A DNA stretch of 64,000 nucleotides from Diplonema japonicum (lineage: Eukaryota > Protista > Euglenozoa: Diplonemea). The position numbers and the translations under genes are program-made. The notes under the pieces are model-generated. The model was not told where the DNA came from. It made no database searches and was given only the letters and a program-made list of their open reading frames with translations. The stretch spans positions 124,001-188,000 of the forward strand of contig OZ025724.1 in assembly GCA_964019335.1 (NCBI GenBank), given 5' to 3'. Below, piece by piece: positions 56,140-64,000 of the stretch. Within the stretch, counting starts at the first letter, position 1. Each line of letters opens with the position of its first letter.

Positions 56140-57624
56140 TCACGTCTCCTGCACCGCCAATGGAACCCTCTCATCGTCCCGTGCTGATGAAGGGTACCAG
56201 TATTCTATCTTAACGTCAAGACCTTCTGTGTACTTGTAACGCGACAGGAAGACCGACAGCACAAGGGACACCAATACAAGCCCTGAAGACACACCGAAGA
56301 TCAACACATCAGCTACCGCCCCGAAACCGGTACACACAAGACAAAAACAAATCGGAACGAACAGAAAAACAGCGAGCGCTCTGGGCGCAAGAGGAATCTT
56401 AAAAGGACGCGGCAGCGTCGGGTGCTTCACGCGCAGCACGTAACAAGAACACAAAATCGCCGTCAGCCGAAGAGAATACAACACACTGTCAATACTCACA
56501 AGCGTGTCGAACTCCATGACAAGCGACAACCCAAGACACAAAACAGAGTTAACAACTATGGCAGGAACAGGTGTTTTGTACTGAGGATGGAGGTACGACA
56601 ACACCTTATTGACCTTTGAAGGGAAAAGCCCCAACATGGCATGTCCCTGCAACGCCCTAGAAGTTGTACACAACAGTGAACACATAAAACCAAATGCCGA
56701 GACACACCCACCTACAGTTATGATGTCGGCTAGCCAATCTCCTTCGATCCATCGACCGATGTCAACCCAAAACCCATCCGTCCAGTCCGAATAGTCTAAG
56801 GTCGAGTTGGGGTCGTACCCCGAAGCACTGTCAGAATACCCAGAATACCCTCGCCGGCGCTGAGCTGACACGCCAGCGAGGACAGGTAGAGCATACACTA
56901 CTTGTGTGATGAACAGCAAGACAACAAGTGCTTTAACAAGAATTGTTCCTGATGTTCTGACTTCTTCTACGACATGACCGGCGGAATCGAAGCCAGACAC
57001 GTTCCAAGCTATCATTGGAAGAAACACTTTCCAGCTTACACCTGCCTCCGGTGTTTTAAACAGATCCGACAGGTCCATGTTCGGGGCTTCAAAAGCAAAC
57101 ATCAGAACAAAGGGCAGAATCGTCAGGAGCATCAAGAACACGGAGGCCTTCCCTACAATTTCAATCCCTAGGATGTTTAAGAAACAGCAGATTGCGACGA
57201 AACCTGTTTTAATGCATGCTTGTTCGAAGGACGAGAGGTCCACTACTGGTGTCAGGTAATCGACAAAAAGGTTTGGGTATACTGAATTGTCTATTCGGTT
57301 GACGAAGAATGTCCAAAAGATCGACATTACTGCGAACCATGTTGGGAAAGCAGCACCGATCCATGCGTCTGGTCCTGAGTTTGCCGGGAGGGATGTGGCG
57401 AGTTCTGCAACGCATAGTGCTGTGGGTAGGCCCCATACCCATGGGAGGACAGCTACTCCTATTATTGTCCACAGCCCGCCCCCCGTCCTGACGCAGTCCT
57501 CCATTCCGTAGGCGCCGCCGATCGCTGCGACGAAAAGCACGCCGAGGAGCTGTAAGAAACCCAAGCCTTGTTGAGGTTTAACTTGTCTTTTTTCCATCGA
57601 GTTGCATACGAAACGCGCTTCCAT
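56140..57624 (-). CDS. APC-superfamily amino-acid/polyamine transporter
   Basis: About 12 TMs; GGAYGMED, AELAT, WNVSGFDS, LRVKHPTLPRPFKIP. Likely ATG at 57624. Confidence 0.88.
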   Translation of the reverse strand: MEARFVCNSMEKRQVKPQQGLGFLQLLGVLFVAAIGGAYGMEDCVRTGGGLWTIIGVAVLPWVWGLPTALCVAELATSLPANSGPDAWIGAAFPTWFAVMSIFWTFFVNRIDNSVYPNLFVDYLTPVVDLSSFEQACIKTGFVAICCFLNILGIEIVGKASVFLMLLTILPFVLMFAFEAPNMDLSDLFKTPEAGVSWKVFLPMIAWNVSGFDSAGHVVEEVRTSGTILVKALVVLLFITQVVYALPVLAGVSAQRRRGYSGYSDSASGYDPNSTLDYSDWTDGFWVDIGRWIEGDWLADIITVGGCVSAFGFMCSLLCTTSRALQGHAMLGLFPSKVNKVLSYLHPQYKTPVPAIVVNSVLCLGLSLVMEFDTLVSIDSVLYSLRLTAILCSCYVLRVKHPTLPRPFKIPLAPRALAVFLFVPICFCLVCTGFGAVADVLIFGVSSGLVLVSLVLSVFLSRYKYTEGLDVKIEYWYPSSARDDERVPLAVQET

Positions 57625-57785
57625 TTTCTTTTTTTTTTTTTCCCCCCTTCCCCTCTCCCTCTCCCCTTGAAAGAAAAAAAAAATCTTTTTTTGGGAATGA
57701 AAGAGAGAAAATGAATGTAATGATCCGATCCGCCAGAGCGTGTCTTTTTTTTTTTTTTTTTTTTTTCCCCACATTTTTCGTTTTT

Positions 57786-57828
57786 TTACGTCAGCTCCGA
57801 CAGACGTTTCTGTTTGTGAAGAAATTAA

Positions 57829-57868
<40 letters not shown>

Positions 57869-59026
57869 TTTGGGGCTGGGCACACACACCTTTACGTACT
57901 GAACGGTCTCCTGGTTTATTTGTTCGTTTTCAAATTTTTTAGTGCCGTTGTTTTCCTCGAACGCCCATTTGCCCGTCCACCACAGTATTTTGAGCGAGAA
58001 CACAAAAATCGAAGGGTGCTCGGAGTACCCAATCGGCTTCTGAAGCCGGAGCTCCATGTTAAGATCAGTCAGACGCTTCCAAGCAGCCCGAAAATCTTTT
58101 CTAAAGTCCTCCTCCGACCCCGCATAAAGCTTCACGTACTTGTAAGTCTCTTCATTCTGAAGAAGCGCTACATCTGCCGGGAGCATAGAGACACCATTCG
58201 CCTGGTACTGAGCATGGGGGGTGTCCTTGTTCTTTGTCCTCCACACAAAATCTTTGAGGTTTCTGAAATACTCATTTGAGAATTTTTCGGGTTCGGAGGT
58301 CCATGATCCATCATAGCCACTAACGTCCTTGTGCATGCTTCCCAATGTGTGGGCACCCATTAAACACACGTACTCTTGAGTGGTAAAACCCATTCTGGCG
58401 AATTCTATGAGATTTTTCAAACACCCCACCTCACCATGACGGTATGGGGGGGGTATTAAATTGGTATCGATTACAGCTTTGCGCTGGGTGGTATCGATGC
58501 GACCGAATTCCCAGTCTTCTGTAACCGGTGGTCCGCCGAGTTGTTCTACGGCCACGCAGGCAGCAAGGGTCCAGATGTCCATGTTGCCAACACCCGGGTA
58601 GATTTCTGAGAATTCATGGAGAGATGAAAGGAGTTCGGAGAAGCCAGCACAGGGCCCCGAGCCTCCCGAGTAGACGCGGAGCGATGCTGTGTTGGCAGAG
58701 GACACATTACATCCTTTGTTGAAGACGTGCATGCTGTTCTGACAGAAGACTAGCCGGATGACTGTAGGGCGGAGGTGAGGGTGGGCATTGAAGAAGAATC
58801 GTAGATCTTCCCTTATCTCGTCGAACTCTGCTGCCATGCACATGTTGTTGCGGACCCAGCTTGCGAGGTAGAACCACCCGCTCAGCAGCATGGTTATCGC
58901 CATCGCCTTCCCTGCGATGGCTGTCATTGTGGTATCCTTCTTCCCCCCGTTGCCCCCCGATGGAGGCTTCCTCGTGGCAAACCGTCTGCCCCTTACCATG
59001 ACTCTACTCAATAAAAGTAGGTTCAT
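57786..59026 (-). CDS. Class I heme peroxidase-like (APX/CCP) protein with presequence and TM; intron 57810-57889
   Basis: DIWTLAACVAVEQLGGP, FGRID, MGAHTLG, GSWT..PEKFSNEYF, MLPADVAL. The spliced end reads VQYVKKRLSELT*. Confidence 0.85.
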
Positions 59027-59047
59027 TTTTTTTTTTTTTCTTTTCCT

Positions 59048-59084
<37 letters not shown>

Positions 59085-59126
59085 AACTCCCACCATATAT
59101 TAAAAAAAACAAAAACAAAAATATAA

Positions 59127-60869
59127 CCTAAACGCCCGCGCGGACGTTTTTGTCCTTATTTCAAAATTTGCTTTTTCGCTAAGTACTTTTTTTTGAACAC
59201 GGCCCCTGGACTTCAAAAATATGGCATTGTTGCGCGGTTTATTTTGTCTTGGACACATTTTGCGTTAAAGATTTTGTTTTAATTGAAACCGGCAGGGTTG
59301 GCTTAAAATGAAATCAGATGGTCAAAATAGCAGCGAAAACGTGAGTCTCCCCCGACTGGTCAGATAAAGAAGAAAAAGACGATGAGGCGGTCAAAGAGGG
59401 GCCGGAAACGATGCTTGGGTGGGAGAAATACTCCCAAAGGCCCAAAACATATCATTTCCGTAAAAAGGTGGGCTTTGGACACCTCTAGGTGAAGCGGCCA
59501 ATGAGGAGGGTGTTTTTAATCTTTTTTTTTACACACGCGGTACTTAAGCTCATAGTTTCTTCCACGAACGGTCGTTTCGGTTCAAAAAAACAGCGGAATC
59601 TGAATCTTTCCATCCTAGAGTACAAAATTTGGCTTGGGTTGGTCCTGTTAATGGGTTTACGCTCGGCACCGAACATGAAGAGCTACTGGACAACAAATTC
59701 TAATTTAACCATCCCGGCTTTTGAGAAAATGAGCAAACCGATTCGTTGACATACAGCGCTACCTCACCTTTGACAACCTGGAAAACATTTGGAAGGCCTG
59801 AAACTGCACCTCATGCGCAGGTTTCTTGACCATTGTCAACCGGTGTAGGACTGTGCGGACCCCTGGCAAGTGGTTGTCTGTTGACGACAGTGTTATCCCG
59901 ACAACAACAAAAGTCATGGCACCACGAAAAAGCAACTCGGTGGGCATCAAGGTAATCGCTACATGTGACTCATAAAACTGTTACCTGGCGAATTTCAACA
60001 TTTTCAGCAAGAAGTCCACAACACAGGACCTAGTCATGCGTACTGTCGACTCCTAAGGGTTTGCTGTCGACCCCTGACCTGCAAGACCAGCTCCAGGGGA
60101 CTGGAGTTCGGCATATGAAAACCCGGAAGTGGACCATGGTCGTTTTTTATTGGGTCCTGGAAAGCTGTGTTGCCAACTCCTCCATAATCTGGAAGAAGAG
60201 CAGGGAATGCAAAAATTATGGCTTCCCGAGCTTCAAAGAAGAACTTGTTGGCAAGCTTCTCACCCATGCCCAAAAACCGATAGCACACACCCCGACAACA
60301 CCGTCACCGACCCCCAAGCGCAAACACGCTAGCAATGAGGATTCCCTCACTCAGAAATACCCAAAACGTCTCGATTTGACCCTAAATCACACCTCCGAGA
60401 CCATGATGAACGGAACGAAGGTGAGGAGGGTGCTCTATGCTGTTCCTGGGTGCGGGAAGAAGGTGCACACAAGGTGTTTTTAACCCTTGCATGCTACCCC
60501 AGCTGGAAAAAAAACTCACAAGTTGCTTTTTTCATCCCACAGCCCCAAAAAGTCTCCAGACTGACCTCAATCCTAGAGTTCAGGGCACCAAATAGGGCTG
60601 AATGCTGCCCTTTTTAGCCCAGCCATAACTCCACGGACCCCCCACGACAAGACCCCCCAAAATCGGACATAAAAAGTACACCTTCAATCCCCCTCTTACA
60701 CACATAGTTAAGTGTTCTCATCTGAATCTGGCACCTGGAATTGAAAATTTTAGTACCGTTTACCCTTTCCTTGCACCTTCCTATGGTTGCATGCTGCCCT
60801 TTTTTTGAGTATTTAAAGCAACAACGAAAATGGGGGGGGTACCGTAGATAGGCTCCGGGCGTTTAGGGG
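59127..60869 (+). mobile_element. Internally deleted piggyBac-like transposon
   Basis: TIRs cctaaacgcccg / cgggcgtttagg, flanked by ATAA on both sides. Remnants WLGLVLLMGL..PNMKSYWT, LSVDDSVIP, RKWTMVVFYWVLESCVANS. Confidence 0.8.
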
Positions 60870-61148
60870 ATAAAAAGAAAATAATAAAAAAAAGAAAAGC
60901 ACGGGTGTGCGTGTGCAGTTTTCATAGCAGGGGGGTGGGGTGGGGGGAGGAAAAAAAAATGATATTTCTCCGTCGGGCACTGCATGCTTAATTTACGGTG
61001 TGTGTACGGTATGTTTTCCCCTCTCTCTCTCTCTTTGTTCACGCAGTTCGCTTTTCCCCTTGAATTCCTTTAAAAAAAACCCGATGAAAGCAGCAAAATT
61101 AGCTCCTGCTGAAAGGAGGGGGGGACCTAACTGAAGCACGTAAAAAAG

Positions 61149-61181
<33 letters not shown>

Positions 61182-61602
61182 CAGGTCGAAAAAACGCTCA
61201 CTTTCAAACCGTTTCTTTTTTTTTTTTTTAAAAAAAAAGGGAAAGAAAAACATAAAAGTCAGTTCAATATTCTATTGAGGAAGTTTGACAAAAACAAAAA
61301 AAAAAAAAAAAAAAAAAACTGGAAAAAAAGCTGATCTATGATCTTTTGTCGGTAAATCAGCACCCGGTATCATTTTCTTTTCTTTTCTTAAAAAAAGGTG
61401 TCCCCACCCAGCTTGTTCTTTTTTTTTAAAAAAAAAAAGAGGGGGACATGCCAAGCAAACAAAAAACCAAAGAGAAAAAAAAAAAAGGTTTCTTCCCCTT
61501 TATGTCACAAAAAAAAAAAATAAGATTGTTAACCGTTTGGTACTACACAAACGAAGAAAAAAAAAAAAAAAAAAAAAAAAAAGTTCGCCCCCGCTCCATC
61601 CC

Positions 61603-61681
61603 CTATTTCTTTTTCATCTCACTTAGATAATCCATGAAATCATCAAGCAACACAGGCCAGTAACTCGATTCCCCGTATTCA

Positions 61682-61717
<36 letters not shown>

Positions 61718-62478
61718 TTTCCCTCCCTCCGTTCACCATACCCAAACTCTCCAATGCAACAAGGTCCAGCAAGACACACCACTCGTCCCGCGATATCTGT
61801 GCCCTGCCTTGTTTCTGGATGAAGTCCACCCAGCTGTCGAGGTAAGCCCACCTCCCGTCCCCGAAAAGAAGCTGCCAATACCTTTTTTTGAAAAACAAAA
61901 AAAAAATTTCTTTTTGAAAAAAAAAAAAAAAAAAAAAAATACATGATAGCGTTCTCCAAACTTGCATTCCGCCCCTGCGGTTCTCTTATGAATCCGAAGG
62001 CAAAGTCGTAAATAGGCCGGAACGCAGGAGCGCCCACGGTACTGAGCCTTCCACGGACGGTCTCCACACGGCGTCGCAGTAACTTCTCAGAAGATAAGCT
62101 GTGGACTTCACAGTAATCTATAATGACGTCTAGATCTACGGACATTGGAGTGGGCTCAAGAGAGGTACCATGTGCATCAGAAAGGAAGGCTAGAAGAGCA
62201 GGGTCTTCGACATCGATCCCTACTAGGGTGGCGAAGGCTTCCCAAGAGGTTGGGTCTTCGATTTTTCTTGCTTCCCTGTCAGCTTCGCACAAGGTGCGTT
62301 CTAGTACCTCTTTAAGGGTGTCAGTTGTTGCCTTCTTTTTAACAATTCTTTTATTGGGTTCTGAAGTGGTGTTGGTTGTTATGCTGTAGTTGTTGGCGTT
62401 GATGGTGGCTTCTATGGTTTTCTTCTTTTCTTTTTCCTTCTCTTCGCTGGCTTTGAACGACCCGAAGCAACATCCCAT
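61603..62478 (-). CDS. DCN1-like (cullin neddylation, PONY domain) protein with N-terminal MGCC acylation motif; 3 exons
   Basis: Exons 62478-61943, 61881-61742 and 61682-61603 give FRPIYDFAFGF..AIMYWQLLF..ISRDEW..YGESSYWPVLLDDFMDY. Confidence 0.88.
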
Positions 62479-62494
62479 TGAGGTGGGACGGAGC

Positions 62495-62525
<31 letters not shown>

Positions 62526-62611
62526 CCCCCCGTTCCTCTCCCCTCCCCCCTCTCCCAACTGTCGATTGTGATTTTTTTTTTTTTGTGTTTGAGAATTTAA
62601 AAAAAAAAAAA

Positions 62612-63391
62612 CTCGATAAAATTTCAGTGTGCATGGGGGTGCTCACTGTTCAGGTAGAAATTCACACTAATCGGTCACCGTTCTGCGGTTGCTGTCTGGT
62701 GCCTGCGGTGGCTGTTTGTCGCGATGAGATGGACGGCATCTGGGCGAGAAACACTGCTTGGAGTCGTGCTAGGTAGGGGGGGGTTTGGCTCGAGGAGAAG
62801 AGTGGTCTCCTGTCGTAGCCGTGTGCCGTCGGGCCCCCAAGATGTCGAAGGGTATGCACCCTTGATTTGGCGTTGGCGGGGAAGGCTGACCTTCCACAGC
62901 GTGCTGAGCATTTCTGGATGCGACCCAAGATGTATCGCATCCTTGCGGCCTTCTCCGTGAGCAGGTCCTGATCGTCGAGGGGACCTATGAGTGACCGGCG
63001 GGTGGTCTGCTCATAGTCTATGGCGAGTTCCATTGTAGTGACGGAAGTTTTCTTCTTACCATCGTACCATCGTAGGCCTCTTAGCCACTTGAGGACGTTC
63101 TTCAGATGAAAGGTCAGGACCGCGCCTGACGCCCCGTTCGCCTTCAGCAACGCTTCCGTCGGAACATCATGTTGCCTCCCTGTCGTTACCTCATCCCAAG
63201 GGTTGGAGGTGAGCACTCTCTTGCTTTTTTCCGCTGCTCTGGCGTCACGGACCGTCACTACTTTCAGGAGGTATTGTTGCACCATCCTGGCACGTTCTTT
63301 CCCTGCTTTGTCGGCCCCTCTTGGGACTATCCCGTGAAGGGCTGTGGCAGCTGGGAGGCCTTCTCGCTTCACCTCTGCGTATTGCTCGCTT
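62612..63391 (-). mobile_element. 5'-truncated LINE 3' end (recent copy) upstream of the DCN1-like gene
   Basis: Nearly identical to 31968-32750; T-tracts on both sides on the sense strand. Confidence 0.9.
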
Positions 63392-64000
63392 GAAAAAAAA
63401 AAAAAAAGAGAGACGCACAAGAGAGAGAGAGAGAGAGAGAGGGGGATGGTGGATTTAAAATAAAAATAAAAAAATGTTCACGATGATGGAGGAAGTTGTT
63501 TAGCAATACCATCGTATATTCAACAGAGAAAGAAATAGGTTTAAGTGGCGGATATTTAAAAAAGAAAAGGGGGGTAGAGGGGGGACAGGGCTTTCTTTTT
63601 TAATTTTTGCCTATTCACCCCTCTTTCCCCCCCCTTTTTTTTTTTCTTTTCTTTCTTTTTTTATAAATTTTTAAAACTGAGTAAGAAGACTATGAAAAAA
63701 AAAGACAAAAAGATCGAGAGCTAATAAATAAAAAAAAACCCTTTTTCTTTTTATTTTCTAGCGAATAGGTTTTTAGTTTCGCACATTGCATTACTTTTTT
63801 CCCCCCCCTCTCAGCCACCTTAAAAAAAAAAACTCATGTCAAAAAAAAAAAAAAGCAAGCAAATTAATTTCTAGGATCAAATTAATAATTTTTTTGCGGT
63901 AAACGCCTTTAGCTCATAATAAGAAACATGATAATTTTTGAACAAAAGAAAAACAAAAAAAAAAATGTGAGGCATAAAACAAAAAACGAATTTTCTTTTA

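Overview
Eukaryotic nuclear DNA, most likely a diplonemid (Euglenozoa). The evidence is a near-complete euglenozoan spliced-leader exon at 3825-3862, all host genes on one strand (minus) as in a polycistronic unit, short GT-AG introns, and T/A/P/D-rich mucin-like repeats. The first ~26 kb is a nest of mobile elements interleaved with four paralogues of a Ubl-LRR-CCaaX gene family. These elements are an APE-type LINE, a pogo-like element, a foldback MITE, a Penelope-like element, a piggyBac, a VIPER/DIRS-like remnant and LINE 3' ends. The rest holds host genes: an astacin surface protease, a Cys-rich multi-TM protein, a PLAT-TM protein, a subtilase-CUB-PLAT protein, an NTP-transferase/glucuronokinase fusion, an APC transporter, an APX/CCP-like peroxidase and a DCN1-like protein. 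Highlights: (1) a Chlamys-type Penelope-like element (N-terminal GIY-YIG, CxC, RT) that appears to carry a C-terminal Josephin-like cysteine protease with an intact C/H/D triad; (2) a LINE whose 5' end is the spliced-leader exon, with a pseudo-OTU ORF1 and a 2A-like motif before the endonuclease; (3) LINE copies bounded by poly(T) instead of poly(A); (4) a diversifying, putatively prenylated Ubl-LRR family. All domain calls are from manual motif reading, not database searches. Long homopolymers mean some frameshifts may be assembly errors.
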